Below, in pieces: positions 39,409 through 49,510 of a stretch of DNA of 57,684 nt. The position numbers were made by a program, and so were the translations under genes. The stretch's first letter is position 1, and the number at the start of each line of letters is the position of its first letter. This stretch comes from Candidatus Bathyarchaeia archaeon (GTDB taxonomy: Archaea; Thermoproteota; Bathyarchaeia; Bathyarchaeales; Bathycorpusculaceae). The notes under the pieces are model-generated. The model was not told the DNA's origin. It was given only the letters and a program-made list of their open reading frames with translations, and made no database searches. The stretch is from assembly GCA_049512075.1 (NCBI GenBank), contig JBEKXL010000015.1:1-57684 (forward strand), written 5' to 3'.

Positions 39409-40005
39409 ATGATACTTGGTATTTGCGGGAGTCCGAGAAAACAGGCGACTGAGCACGTCTTGGGCGAAGCCTTGAACCTCCTGGGAAAAATGGGTTTTGA
39501 AACAGAATTCTTCACTGTGAGAGGCAAGAACATTGGGTTCTGCCAGCACTGTGATTACTGTTTGAGAAATAAGGAGTGCAAGCTCAAAGATGACATGTAC
39601 GCGCTTTATCCATTGCTCAGGAAGGCTGATGGACTGGTATTTGCTACGCCAGTTTACAACGGCGGAATAAGTGCCCAGGCGAAGACTGTTATGGATAGGT
39701 GCAGGGCCTTGTTTGCCGGCGACAAGAACGTGTTGAGGTACAAGGTTGGTATGGCCATCGCAGTCGGCGGAGACAGAGCCGGAGGTCAGGAACTGGCGAT
39801 CCAGCAAATCATGACTTTTTACGTTTTGAACGGCGTCATACCCGTCAGCGGTGGTCCATTTGGAGCAAACTTGGGAGCCACTTTCTGGTCCAAGGACACC
39901 CTGAAGGATGTCAAACAGGATGAAGAAGGATTCAAGACTCTTAAAAAGACTGTGAAGAGATTCGCTGACCTTGTGAAAGAGAATGATATCCAGAAAAGAG
40001 CCTAA
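39409..40005 (+). CDS. Iron-sulfur flavoprotein (flavodoxin / NADPH-dependent FMN reductase family)
   Basis: GSPRK, C-x2-C-x2-C-x5-C, ATPVYNG, GGQE. Confidence 0.9.
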   Translation: MILGICGSPRKQATEHVLGEALNLLGKMGFETEFFTVRGKNIGFCQHCDYCLRNKECKLKDDMYALYPLLRKADGLVFATPVYNGGISAQAKTVMDRCRALFAGDKNVLRYKVGMAIAVGGDRAGGQELAIQQIMTFYVLNGVIPVSGGPFGANLGATFWSKDTLKDVKQDEEGFKTLKKTVKRFADLVKENDIQKRA

Positions 40006-40017
40006 AATGGTGTTATT

Positions 40018-40614
40018 ATGACGGGAGACCCGGCAAGAAGCGAGAAGAAGAGGAAAGTCGCGTGGGGAATCACCGGCAGCGGAGACAGATTGCCCGAAAC
40101 AATCGACACCATAAAAGAGATTAAGAAACAGTATCAAAATGACGTCGATGTGAGGGTTTATCTTTCGAAGGCGGGGGAACAGGTCGTCAAATGGTACAAG
40201 CTTCACGAGCATTTGAAACAGAATTTTGAAAAAGTCTGGGTCGAACTCAACTCTAACTCGCCGTTTCTTGCCGGTGACCTCGAACTGGGAAAATATGAGT
40301 TCTTGCTGATTGCACCGGCAACGTCGAACACCGTGGCAAAAATCGCAGCAGGAATAACCGACACGCTACTCTGCAACTCAGCAATCATGGCTTTGAAAGC
40401 CTTTGTTCCCGTCTACATCATGCCCAGCGATTACAAGGAAGGAACTGTGGTCACAAGGCTCCCTGATGGGAAGGATCTCAAATTGAGAGTAAGAAAAGAA
40501 GATGCAGAAAACGCAAGAAAGCTGTCTCGCATGGAAAACGTGTTTGTGCTTGAAAAACCAGAAGACATACGTGAGGTCTTCAAGAAGCATTTCAAACAGA
40601 AAGAGCGGGAATGA
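40018..40614 (+). CDS. afpA: Archaeoflavoprotein AfpA
   Basis: VAWGITGSG, SPFLAG, IAPATSNTVAKI..GI.DTL, YIMPSD. Confidence 0.85.
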   Translation: MTGDPARSEKKRKVAWGITGSGDRLPETIDTIKEIKKQYQNDVDVRVYLSKAGEQVVKWYKLHEHLKQNFEKVWVELNSNSPFLAGDLELGKYEFLLIAPATSNTVAKIAAGITDTLLCNSAIMALKAFVPVYIMPSDYKEGTVVTRLPDGKDLKLRVRKEDAENARKLSRMENVFVLEKPEDIREVFKKHFKQKERE

Positions 40615-40629
40615 GAGCTGGGCGGAACA

Positions 40630-40899
40630 ATGAACTTTGCACTGCTTGCCGTTCCATTGGTGGCCGGGATGTTTCTTGGCTACTTTTTGCGTGAGAAGAG
40701 GAAAGTCAATCTTGGCAAAGCCACGTTTGGAATAATTCTTGTGTTGATATTTTCGCTTGGTTTTGGAATAGGTTCAAACAGTGAATTGTTGAATTCGTTA
40801 CCCGATGTTGGCTTGAGCGCTGTCGTCATTGCTTCGCTTGCCATAGTGTTCAGTGTGGTCCTTGTTAAAGCAGTTAAGAGAACGGCGGGCTTGGAATGA
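40630..40899 (+). CDS. LysO/DUF340-family exporter, N-terminal part
   Basis: Three TM helices, 'LIFSLGFGIGSN'; overlaps the next gene. Confidence 0.7.
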   Translation: MNFALLAVPLVAGMFLGYFLREKRKVNLGKATFGIILVLIFSLGFGIGSNSELLNSLPDVGLSAVVIASLAIVFSVVLVKAVKRTAGLE

Positions 40900-41528
40900 T
40901 AAAGTACATACTAGCTGCCCTAATGCTCGGAGGTATTGCAGGATATCTCGACGCAAATTGGGCGACTGTCGTCAACAGTGTCTGGGTTTCTGATTATCTA
41001 CTCAATGCCTCACTCATGCTGTTACTGTTCGTTATGGGAGTAGCTTTTGCAATGGACAAGAACTCCATCTCCAAGATAAGACGGACCGGACCCAGAATAT
41101 TGATTGTTCCCTTAGCAATCGCGTTGGGCACTATTCTGAGCGGCTTGGTAAGCGCGCTGATCCTTGGAATCAACGTGGTTGCGACGACAGCGGTAACCGC
41201 GGGGTATGGATGGTACACGTTGACAGGTCCACTGGTGAGCCAAATTTTCGGAGCAAAGTGGGGAGCTCTGGGCTTTGCCGCAAACTTCCTCAGAGAACTG
41301 TTGACGATACTCGCCGTTTCTCTGATGGTCAAGGTTGACAAATACGCTCCAACTGCATCAGGCGGCGCGACAGCCATGGATACAACACTGCCCATAATCG
41401 TGCGTTACTGTGGCTCTGACACGCTGATTACGGCCTTTTCAAGCGGCTTTGTGCTAAGCATTATAGCTCCTTTCACAATAATGGCCATAGCCTCTCTAGG
41501 CCACGTTCCCAACCCGCTATTCTTATAA
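40896..41528 (+). CDS. LysO/DUF340-family exporter, C-terminal part
   Basis: GYGWYTLTG, ANFLRELL, GGATAMDTTLP. Confidence 0.88.
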   Translation: MIKYILAALMLGGIAGYLDANWATVVNSVWVSDYLLNASLMLLLFVMGVAFAMDKNSISKIRRTGPRILIVPLAIALGTILSGLVSALILGINVVATTAVTAGYGWYTLTGPLVSQIFGAKWGALGFAANFLRELLTILAVSLMVKVDKYAPTASGGATAMDTTLPIIVRYCGSDTLITAFSSGFVLSIIAPFTIMAIASLGHVPNPLFL

Positions 41529-41547
41529 ATTCACGATATTTTAGTAG

Positions 41548-42339
41548 ATGTCCATGCAAGCAGAAATAGGAATAATCGGAGGAACAGGCTTCTACGATCC
41601 GCATCTCGTTAGGAACCGCAGGGAAAAGAAGCTTGACACACCATATGGACCACCTTCCGACGCTGTTGTAGTTGGAGAACTGGATGACAGAAGGGTAGCG
41701 TTTCTGCCGCGACATGGAAAGAAGCACACGATAAGGCCCACGGACGTCAATTCAAGAGCCAACATACACGCGTTGAAAGAACTGGGCGTTCAACGTATTC
41801 TGGCTCCGTCAACTGTCGGGTCTTTGAAGGAAGAGTACAAGCCCGGCGATATCGTGTTCGTTGATCAGTTCATAGATCGAACGACAAGGCGGGAACAGTC
41901 CTTCTATACTGGCCCGAGGGTGTGCCACATTTCAGTGGCTGAACCCATGTGCCCTGACTTGAGGAAGATACTGATGGAAGTGGCTGAGGAAATGAATATC
42001 AGTTATCATAAGATTGGAACTTACGTTTGCGTAGAAGGACCGAGGTTTTCAACGAAGGCCGAGTCCAAAATGTTCAGGAGCTGGGGCGCCGACGTGGTAG
42101 GTATGACGCTTGTTCCCGAATGCGTTTTGGCTCGTGAAGCTGAGATATGCTATGCCTCGATAGCGACTGTAACTGACTACGACGTGTGGAAAGATCATCC
42201 AGTAAGCGCTGGGGAAGTTGCGAGGACTATGAAAGAGAACATCGAGAAAGTCAAGAACGTCATCATGGAGACAACAGCGAGAATACCGAAGGAAAGAACG
42301 TGTGAATGCAAAGACGCATTGAAAAACGCATCAGTTTGA
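41548..42339 (+). CDS. mtnP: S-methyl-5'-thioadenosine phosphorylase
   Basis: IGIIGGTG, TPYG.PS, FLPRHG, EGPRFSTKAES, VGMT.VPE, TDYDVW. Confidence 0.92.
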   Translation: MSMQAEIGIIGGTGFYDPHLVRNRREKKLDTPYGPPSDAVVVGELDDRRVAFLPRHGKKHTIRPTDVNSRANIHALKELGVQRILAPSTVGSLKEEYKPGDIVFVDQFIDRTTRREQSFYTGPRVCHISVAEPMCPDLRKILMEVAEEMNISYHKIGTYVCVEGPRFSTKAESKMFRSWGADVVGMTLVPECVLAREAEICYASIATVTDYDVWKDHPVSAGEVARTMKENIEKVKNVIMETTARIPKERTCECKDALKNASV

Positions 42340-42341
42340 AA

Positions 42342-42896
42342 ATGCGTTATCAATTGGGCGAGGTGTCAAGCCTGAATCTTAAGTCGAAAATAAGGAGAAT
42401 ACCAGAGTTCAAGGGCGTCGTTTTCTGGGACATAACGCCGCTTCTGAAAGACAAGAATGCCTTCCGCGAGTGCATTAATCAGATAGCGAACCACTTCAGA
42501 GCCAAGAAAATAGACTTGGTAGTTTCGAATGAGGCCAGAGGCTTCATAATAGGAGGGGCAGTGGCCTACAAGCTCGGGGTTGGCTTTGTTCCGATCAGAA
42601 AGAAGGGCAAACTCCCCTCGAAGGCAGTAAACCTAACGTACAACAAGGAATACGAATCAGACACGATAGAGATTCACGAAGACTCCGTTGAACCCGGCCA
42701 GAAAGTGTTGCTTGTCGACGATTTGCTGGCGACAGGAGGAACGATTAAGGCCAACGCGGAATTGGTTGAAAAGCTTGGCGGAGAAATTGTGGGTATGGGC
42801 TTTTTGATAGAGCTTGAATACCTGCACGGAAGAGAATACTTGGGAACAAAGTACGACATATTCTCAATCATAAATTACAAAACAACTGCAGAATAA
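42342..42896 (+). CDS. apt: Adenine phosphoribosyltransferase
   Basis: GVVFWDITPLL, EARGF, RKKGKLP, LLVDDLLATGGT; start uncertain. Confidence 0.92.
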   Translation: MRYQLGEVSSLNLKSKIRRIPEFKGVVFWDITPLLKDKNAFRECINQIANHFRAKKIDLVVSNEARGFIIGGAVAYKLGVGFVPIRKKGKLPSKAVNLTYNKEYESDTIEIHEDSVEPGQKVLLVDDLLATGGTIKANAELVEKLGGEIVGMGFLIELEYLHGREYLGTKYDIFSIINYKTTAE

Positions 42897-43125
42897 GTTC
42901 AAGGTAAGATTTGCCAGACTTCAGTTGGCACTGGCAACGTATTATTCCGCGCTTATTGCGAGAACCTTCTGGGTCAGATACGCCTTCATGAGCGCCAGAT
43001 TGATCCGTAATACGTTCATGTAGGGGCTACCAAATATCCAGAGTGTACCCTCTTCGTTCTGGTTGACGATGCTTTTTAGCGAATCCAAGAGGATGCCAGT
43101 GACTTGTGGTTTTGAACCCAAAATT

Positions 43126-43226
43126 TGGTGCGGTCGCCGGGATTTGAACCCGGGATCGCAAGCTTGGAAGGCTTACACTTGCCTTTGAAGGCTTTTGTGT
43201 CCTAAACCAGTCTAGACGACGACCGC
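43126..43226 (-). tRNA. tRNA-Gly(TCC) with a 22-nt non-canonical intron at position 29/30 and encoded CCA
   Basis: Acceptor GCGGTCG/CGACCGC-A-CCA, T-arm CCGGG-TTCAAAT-CCCGG. Removing 43173-43194 restores the anticodon arm CAAGC-CTTCCAA-GCTTG; the junction forms a bulge-helix-bulge with central helix ACAC/GTGT. Confidence 0.93.
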
Positions 43227-43279
43227 TCTTTTTCCGCAATAGATTAGGATGGTGGTATAGATAAGATTTCTTTCTCTGC

Positions 43280-43948
43280 CTATTGGGGTTTCTCGTTCGG
43301 CCCGAAGAGCTTCTTCTCATGTTTGGGTCTCGGCTTGAAACTGCCATGATATTTTGGCATTGAAGTTCTCTGCCGTTCCAGATTCTTGATCCTAGCGTAG
43401 AGTTTCGAGACCTTGGTTTTTGACGGCTTTTTGGGTTTCGGAATCCTTACACGGACAGGTGTGAACGGCTTCTTGATCTCTCTGCTGAGGCTCTTTCTTT
43501 TCATCGGCACGTCCTTCACTTTTCTGAAGACGACGAAGCCTTCTTTCAGATTCACTTCTCGCACTTCCCAGCCTGCTTCCAGCCAGCCTTTGGCATGTGG
43601 ACTGCTGGGCAGGTTGTCCCACCATTCTTCGCTGCGATAGGCGCTCATGGGCAAGTTTTCCCCGATTATTCCGTCAATACGAGCGAAGCTAAGCTTGACC
43701 GCACTTGTGAAAGCACCTCGGAACTTCAGATAGCCGGTCAATCCGCCGTATCTAGACACGCTTCGGGGCACAACTGTCCTTCGCGCACAATTCAGGCAAA
43801 GCAGCTTCGTCGGGTCGCCTGTCGACACGTCTGGAACCATACAGTCTCTACAGTATAGCCGCCCGCACCTCTGGCAGCGTCTGAGATAACTGTATGAGAG
43901 AACTCTGCCGCATAGCCCGCACTCGTCCTTGAATGGCATTCCAATCAC
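43280..43948 (-). CDS. Zinc-finger protein with a central conserved domain and basic tail
   Basis: Four CxxC pairs, then 'SRYGGLTGYL...VKLSFARIDGIIG..LP.SAY....WW.N....HAKGWLEAGWEV'. Confidence 0.75.
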   Translation of the reverse strand: MIGMPFKDECGLCGRVLSYSYLRRCQRCGRLYCRDCMVPDVSTGDPTKLLCLNCARRTVVPRSVSRYGGLTGYLKFRGAFTSAVKLSFARIDGIIGENLPMSAYRSEEWWDNLPSSPHAKGWLEAGWEVREVNLKEGFVVFRKVKDVPMKRKSLSREIKKPFTPVRVRIPKPKKPSKTKVSKLYARIKNLERQRTSMPKYHGSFKPRPKHEKKLFGPNEKPQ

Positions 43949-44077
43949 TGATAACTCGAACGCTACGTACTAGTTATGTGGAAGCTTTTGATATAGACTT
44001 CGCCAAAGCCGCGAGGATATCGAAAAATATCGCAAGATTTATAGACGTTAAGCCACGAAAACAAACCGAGGGCTTTA

Positions 44078-44452
44078 TTGCTTTTCAGTGAGTATCTGCA
44101 CGAGAAAGCAGAAGAGTCTCGACACAACGAAACCATCGGCTACCTGATAATCATCATCGGCTCAGTATTCTTCGTTGGCGGACTCCTCGAAACGATAATA
44201 ACAGCCGAATTAGGTGGTGTAAATCCAGACTGGTTCCTGATATTTCCTTATCACTTCACACCCAATCCGGACAGCCTCCTAGGCACATCTCTGACCTCGG
44301 TGGGCATTGTCCTAATCTTTCTGGGAATAGCGTTGGCAATACACTACGCCAGAGAGAGATCATGGTACATGAGAGAGCTTCACAGGGCACATTCCGTGGA
44401 AGAACAGAAACTGAGGACGGAAAAGAATAACGAGTCCAAGCTGAGCAGCTGA
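44078..44452 (+). CDS. Hypothetical two-TM membrane protein
   Basis: 124-aa ORF with two TM helices; upstream TATA at ~44038. Confidence 0.65.
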   Translation: MLFSEYLHEKAEESRHNETIGYLIIIIGSVFFVGGLLETIITAELGGVNPDWFLIFPYHFTPNPDSLLGTSLTSVGIVLIFLGIALAIHYARERSWYMRELHRAHSVEEQKLRTEKNNESKLSS

Positions 44453-44492
44453 AGCAAAATAAGGGGGGGAGTCTAGACTCTCATGGAAGAGT

Positions 44493-45971
44493 CTAGCCTT
44501 TCACAACCGCTATGGGAACTAGCCTGGCAACTTTTGTGGCTATGCCAACTTTGTCGCTTACGTCTACGACGACGTCAACATTCTTGTAGGCTGGATCTGC
44601 TTCTTCGGCCAAGGCCACCAAGCTTGCAGCTCGAACGTAAATCCCTCGTCTCTCCATAGCCTTCTTGATGTCTCCACCATAGAAGTTTCTTTTTGCTGCG
44701 CTTCTGCTTAGCATACGACCGGCGCCGTGGGCTGTGGAGCCGAAGCTCACCTGCATGGCCTGTTCCGTACCGACCAAGAGCCAAGAGCTTGTGCCCATGC
44801 TTCCCGGGATGAGCACAGGCTGGCCCACAGAACGATAATCTGCGGGTATTTCCGGGTGCCCGGGCGGAAATGCTCGTGTCGCACCTTTTCTGTGAACCCA
44901 GACTTTCTTCTTGTCCCCGTTGACTCTGTGATTCTCTATTTTGGCAATGTTGTGAGCGACATCGTAAACGAGTTTCAACCCGAATTTTTCGGGTTTTTCT
45001 CTGAAAACCTGCTGGAAGCTCTGTCGAACCCAGTGCAGAATCGTTTGTCGATTGACGAATGCGTAGTTGACGGCGCACGCCATCGCTTGATAATAATCCT
45101 CTGCCTCTTGGCTTTTCCCAGGCGCGCAGGCAAGCTCCCTGTCTGGAAGAACTATTTTGTACTTTTGAACTGCCCTCTCCATCACCCGAAGGTAGTCTGA
45201 GCACACCTGATGGCCGAAACCTCTTGAGCCGCAGTGAATCATAACGGTGACTTGGCCTTCATGCTCTAACCCGAACACCTTGGCTGTACGCGAATCGTGT
45301 ATTTTGTCCACTCTCTGGATTTCCAAGAAGTGGTTTCCAGAACCAAGAGTGCCAATCTGCGTTAATCCCCTGTTTTTTGCGTTCGATGAGACTTTGTCAG
45401 GGTTGGCGTTTTTCATGCAACCGTTTTCTTCGCAGTGCTCGGCATCTTCAGGCCAGCCCAGCCCCTTGTCTATCGCCCATGGAACACCTCTCGTTGTAAG
45501 CGTGTCCAAGTCGTGTTGCGACACCCGGAAGTCTTTCCGACGGCTTCCAAGTCCGGCGGGTACGTTGTTGAAAATAGCGTCTGCGAGTTGGCCGAGCTTC
45601 GGTCGTATGTCCTGCTCAGAAAGGTTCGTCGTGACTAGGCGGACACCGCAGTTGATGTCGTAGCCCACGCCGCCCGGACTTATCACGCCTTCTTCATAGT
45701 CTGTCGCGGCTACGCCGCCTATCGGGAAACCGTAACCTTCATGCCCGTCCGGCAGGGTAATTGAGTACTTGTATATGCCGGGTAAATGTGCAACGTTTAC
45801 GCATTGATGCAGGGTTCTGTCGGTCTGCATCTTGTCCAGCAACTCTCTGTTGGCGAAGACTACGCCAGTGACCCTCATCCCCGGCTTGTACTTCGGAATG
45901 CGCCAGGAGCAATCGTCTATCTTTTCAAGCGGAATTCTCTCCGAAGGAGGATGACTTTCTCCCTCTTCCAT
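44493..45971 (-). CDS. rtcB: RtcB tRNA-splicing ligase
   Basis: PDGHEGYGFPIGGV, GYDINCG, GTLGSGNHFLE, HCGSRG, YDVAHN, HRKGAT, HGAGR; no intein. Confidence 0.96.
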   Translation of the reverse strand: MEEGESHPPSERIPLEKIDDCSWRIPKYKPGMRVTGVVFANRELLDKMQTDRTLHQCVNVAHLPGIYKYSITLPDGHEGYGFPIGGVAATDYEEGVISPGGVGYDINCGVRLVTTNLSEQDIRPKLGQLADAIFNNVPAGLGSRRKDFRVSQHDLDTLTTRGVPWAIDKGLGWPEDAEHCEENGCMKNANPDKVSSNAKNRGLTQIGTLGSGNHFLEIQRVDKIHDSRTAKVFGLEHEGQVTVMIHCGSRGFGHQVCSDYLRVMERAVQKYKIVLPDRELACAPGKSQEAEDYYQAMACAVNYAFVNRQTILHWVRQSFQQVFREKPEKFGLKLVYDVAHNIAKIENHRVNGDKKKVWVHRKGATRAFPPGHPEIPADYRSVGQPVLIPGSMGTSSWLLVGTEQAMQVSFGSTAHGAGRMLSRSAAKRNFYGGDIKKAMERRGIYVRAASLVALAEEADPAYKNVDVVVDVSDKVGIATKVARLVPIAVVKG

Positions 45972-46041
45972 TTTTTCACCTGCTTACTACACAAAAAGTA
46001 AAGAAGCGCAAATATAAACGATCTTGACTCTTCGCAGCAAG

Positions 46042-46962
46042 CTACGACGGGTTGCCACGGCATTTCTCAGCGAACTGCATGAACCCCTCTACGCTGTTGT
46101 TAAAAACGGTTTCGTTCAACACTGGGTGAGCTTCAATGAATTTTACAGCTTTCTGGATCTGCCGGTCATTTTCAATAATCTTCTGACGCACTTCTTCCAG
46201 GCTCTGTTTTTCTTGTATTCCTTGCTGTGCAATTTTCGCCCACAGCCGCAACTGCTCAGCGTATGCCTTAAGCCTTCCAACAGGGTTGGACGCGTCTCCA
46301 AAATGACTGTAGTACAGAGCCTTCGGTTTCAGGCTAATCAGCTTATCTACGGCGACTAATGCACTGTCCAGACGAAAAGGTGCCGGTGTCGTAGGCACGA
46401 TTGCATCGAATTCTCTTAGATAAATGCCAGCCGCGTCTCCTAGAAAAACTCCGCGGCCGAAAGTCTCGTAGTAGCTCTGATGATGCGAAGCATGGCCAAG
46501 AGTCTCCACAACTTTGAATTCGACGTTTTTTCCAAGGTCAAAGGTCATGCCATCCTTTGCTGCAATGATTCTTTCAGGCGGAACAGGTTCAGACTCCCCG
46601 TACAACTCTGTTATCTTGCCGAGAACCTCCCTCGACTGCTGCCAAAGCTTCTCAGGATTGGCCAAGTGAGGTGCACCCCTCTGATGTACGATGACCTTCG
46701 CGTTAGGCAGACTTTTCAACAGGGTTCCAGCACCTCCTCCATGGTCAAGATGAACGTGTGAAACTGCAACGTAGGTCACATCTTCCAGTTTGACGCCTAA
46801 TTTTCCAAGACCAGTGAGAAGGTTGGGCACCGAAGAAGTCGGACCTGTCTCAATGATTGCAACGCTTTTTCCTCTCAGGACGTAGCTGGCGATAAAATTC
46901 TCGAAGCCAGCCGTTTCAACGTCGACTAGATCGATGTGTTCTTCAAGTTTTGTCACGTGCAT
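46042..46962 (-). CDS. MBL-fold metallo-hydrolase
   Basis: SHVHLDHGGG, GHASHH, GDAAG, YSHFG. Confidence 0.9.
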   Translation of the reverse strand: MHVTKLEEHIDLVDVETAGFENFIASYVLRGKSVAIIETGPTSSVPNLLTGLGKLGVKLEDVTYVAVSHVHLDHGGGAGTLLKSLPNAKVIVHQRGAPHLANPEKLWQQSREVLGKITELYGESEPVPPERIIAAKDGMTFDLGKNVEFKVVETLGHASHHQSYYETFGRGVFLGDAAGIYLREFDAIVPTTPAPFRLDSALVAVDKLISLKPKALYYSHFGDASNPVGRLKAYAEQLRLWAKIAQQGIQEKQSLEEVRQKIIENDRQIQKAVKFIEAHPVLNETVFNNSVEGFMQFAEKCRGNPS

Positions 46963-47224
46963 CTGCTAATCATCCGCTTTATTTCTCGTGAACCCTAGCG
47001 GTGACTGCCTGCTTAAATGTTTTCGTCGAAACGTTTGTCATAGTTGAGCAGGCCAATCGATGGAATAGAGAACAAGTGTGTGTCAAACCAAGGAGCTTGT
47101 CGAGTTTACAAAGTGAGGCCTCATCCTCACTTCATCTTCTTTTCCCTTTCGGTAGTCGTTCCTGGCATATTTCCAGTTTTGGAACAATGCTTTTAATCGC
47201 CTCCGCCAGTTTCTCGTTGGAGGG

Positions 47225-47455
47225 TTGGGGATGATTGACTGTCCTGAATGTGGAAAACCCTTGCGGAAGGAACGAGAAGGCAAGAGCAAGTATTTCTGCG
47301 AAAACGAGCAGTGCAACGTTGCATTCGTGCTGCATCCTCATAAACCGAGCAAAACCAGGATTGCTTACACAGGATTTGTGCGGTACAGGACAGCGGGACT
47401 GCCGCATAATGAAACGTATAGACACTCAATAAGACAGAAGCTCAAGCTCTTCTGA
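47225..47455 (+). CDS. Small zinc-finger protein
   Basis: CPECG...YFCENEQC; GGAGG RBS upstream of ATG 47231. Confidence 0.55.
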   Translation: MGMIDCPECGKPLRKEREGKSKYFCENEQCNVAFVLHPHKPSKTRIAYTGFVRYRTAGLPHNETYRHSIRQKLKLF

Positions 47456-47654
47456 TTGTCTGGCACGGGCAACAATCTGACAGCTTGAGTTCAACCTTGG
47501 CGCGCCAAGACCTTCATTGGCGAACTGGCTACCCTAGACTGTGCTGAGGAAAAAGAAGCAAAAAGGCAGTCTTTCTTATGACCCGATTCCTATTCATTGC
47601 TCTGACTGTTCTTGGTGCGTTTTCGACAGGCTGCAGCACTTAAGGTGAAGCTGA

Positions 47655-47930
47655 TTATTTGCGGGGCTTCTTTTTTTGCTCTTGCTCCTCATCAACCGCG
47701 GGTTCCTCGGCCCCAAGAAGCACTCTTAACGACTTCACTTCCTCCCTCAGCATGCCGACCTCGCTCTCTAGAGCTTTGGCCTTTGAATCCGCCATCTTCT
47801 TGAGTTCCTCAATCTCCAGTAGAAGATTCTTGCGTTCATTCTCCAAGTTTCTAAGCCTTTCTACTACACTCTTGAAACTGCTCATAGACTCTACGCGCCC
47901 CTTACTCCCTTCTCTGGTCATAGTAGCCAT
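47655..47930 (-). CDS. Coiled-coil hypothetical protein
   Basis: Heptad-rich 'LRNLENERKNLLLEIEELKK...LESEVGMLREEVKSL'. Confidence 0.7.
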   Translation of the reverse strand: MATMTREGSKGRVESMSSFKSVVERLRNLENERKNLLLEIEELKKMADSKAKALESEVGMLREEVKSLRVLLGAEEPAVDEEQEQKKKPRK

Positions 47931-47975
47931 TCAGACACATATTAAGATTTTGCGAGCAAGTCTATGGATGGTTTC

Positions 47976-48413
47976 TCATATGTCCAGAATGAATTTCAGC
48001 GTCACTATATCGGGTTCCTTGAGGATCTCCATGCGGTGATAGGTAACGGCTTTGACGCCCACCTTCTGCAGATGCTTTTTCGGGTTGAACTTCTCTCCCC
48101 AAATCCTAGCCTCAAGCTTGAGACCCTTTGCAGTCTTTCGGATTTCTGAAATTTTGAATTTGGAGTAGAGCATCCGGTTCGTTTCAGACTTTATGAGTAA
48201 TGCTTCAAGCCAACTGTAGAGCAGGCTGTATTCATCTTCGCCTTCGGCCATGACCAAATCCTCAAACCTGGAACTGACGGTTTCTACTTCGGTCATCACG
48301 TCGAACATTGCAACTGCAGCGTTCTCAAAAGCCTCGGCCAAATCTCTACCGTACGCAGCGATGTAGGCGTCTGCGGTGTGCTCCAGAAATTCATAGCCCT
48401 TATCGTCGTCCAA
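47976..48413 (-). CDS. Archease (RtcB cofactor)
   Basis: YEFLEHTAD, VKAVTYH, terminal 'ILDI'; start inferred. Confidence 0.92.
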   Translation of the reverse strand: MDDDKGYEFLEHTADAYIAAYGRDLAEAFENAAVAMFDVMTEVETVSSRFEDLVMAEGEDEYSLLYSWLEALLIKSETNRMLYSKFKISEIRKTAKGLKLEARIWGEKFNPKKHLQKVGVKAVTYHRMEILKEPDIVTLKFILDI

Positions 48414-48535
48414 CCGTCTAACCGTGAGAATAATGAAGTGTTTGGTTTTAAAACGATTTTGCATGTTGCCTTAAGTGAAAAGGCTTAATTCAAACGCCAG
48501 CCGAGTTGACTCGCAGTCTCTGAGGTTCAATAGCA

Positions 48536-49510
48536 TTGAAAAGGGAAGCCCCCGCTGTGAAAATCGTTCTAGCCTACTTTGCTATTGCCGTTGCTGTTCT
48601 TTTGATAGCCTTTCTCTTTCCCGGACAAGACGAATCTCTCGCCTCAGTTCCAGTTCTCGTTTCGCTCTTCTTGTTGATGCCACTCTATGCGTGGTACAGA
48701 AGCTACAATCGGAAAAGGAATCTTTCGAATGATATATGTGCAAGAGACAACAGTGAGGCTGTTTTCTGGGTTTTCGCACTTTTCCTCCTGGCGATGCTTA
48801 TTCGAATCCCATCGGTGGCGATTTTCGGTGTGCCTTTTGAAAAGACGCCTGTGATCTTTCTCACAATCTCAACGATAGTAGTCATCGAGAAAACCAATCT
48901 TTCTGCTTTTGGTTTCACTACAAAAAAACCTGGAAAATCACTCGCTTACGGAGTTGTGTTCTTCTTCACGGCGAACATACTTGCCACAGTCATTAGTTAT
49001 CTGCTAATATACGGCCTCACGAATCGAATGGCGTTTGAAACGTTCAACCCTGTTCCTTTCCTGCTGGTGTTGCCCTTCATGACCCTGTGCGTGGGCATAT
49101 GCGAGGAAGGACTCTTCAGAGGATACATACAGAATCATCTTGAAAAACTTTCCACGCCGAGGAGTGCCATCCTTGTTCAGGCAATTCTGTTCGGAGCATG
49201 GCACTTCGTCTGGGACCTCTCCCCTTTCAACCCGTTTGACATGGCCCAGCGAGTTTTGACTACATTCCTCTTCGGGTTGCTCTTCGGTTATTTCTACAGC
49301 AAAACAAGAAGCCTGACCCCGCTCGTTCTGGCCCACGGACTTTGGGACAGCGTTGCACTGGGAATAGTGGAAAGTCAACCAGCCTTCGACGCCCTTGCAA
49401 AAACATCGCCCTCAACCCAAGCACTGGTTTTCCTCTTGCCTTATGCGATAGGGGCGCTGCTCACCTTTGTCTTCATAAGGTGCTTTGTAGAAAGGATTAA
49501 CGGTGCCTAG
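48536..49510 (+). CDS. CPBP (CAAX protease-like) intramembrane metalloprotease
   Basis: EEGLFRG, FGAWH, AHGLWD motifs; multiple TM helices. Confidence 0.88.
   Translation: MKREAPAVKIVLAYFAIAVAVLLIAFLFPGQDESLASVPVLVSLFLLMPLYAWYRSYNRKRNLSNDICARDNSEAVFWVFALFLLAMLIRIPSVAIFGVPFEKTPVIFLTISTIVVIEKTNLSAFGFTTKKPGKSLAYGVVFFFTANILATVISYLLIYGLTNRMAFETFNPVPFLLVLPFMTLCVGICEEGLFRGYIQNHLEKLSTPRSAILVQAILFGAWHFVWDLSPFNPFDMAQRVLTTFLFGLLFGYFYSKTRSLTPLVLAHGLWDSVALGIVESQPAFDALAKTSPSTQALVFLLPYAIGALLTFVFIRCFVERINGA

Noticed and set aside
40630-41528. Split LysO gene as a pseudogene
   Set aside because: Both parts have their own starts with an ATGA-type overlap; two-gene DUF340 arrangements are common.
47496-47509. 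Palindrome CTTGGCGCGCCAAG as a cassette junction
   Set aside because: Only a hexamer core, lying between convergent genes where a terminator-like dyad is equally plausible; counted merely as a possible variant.
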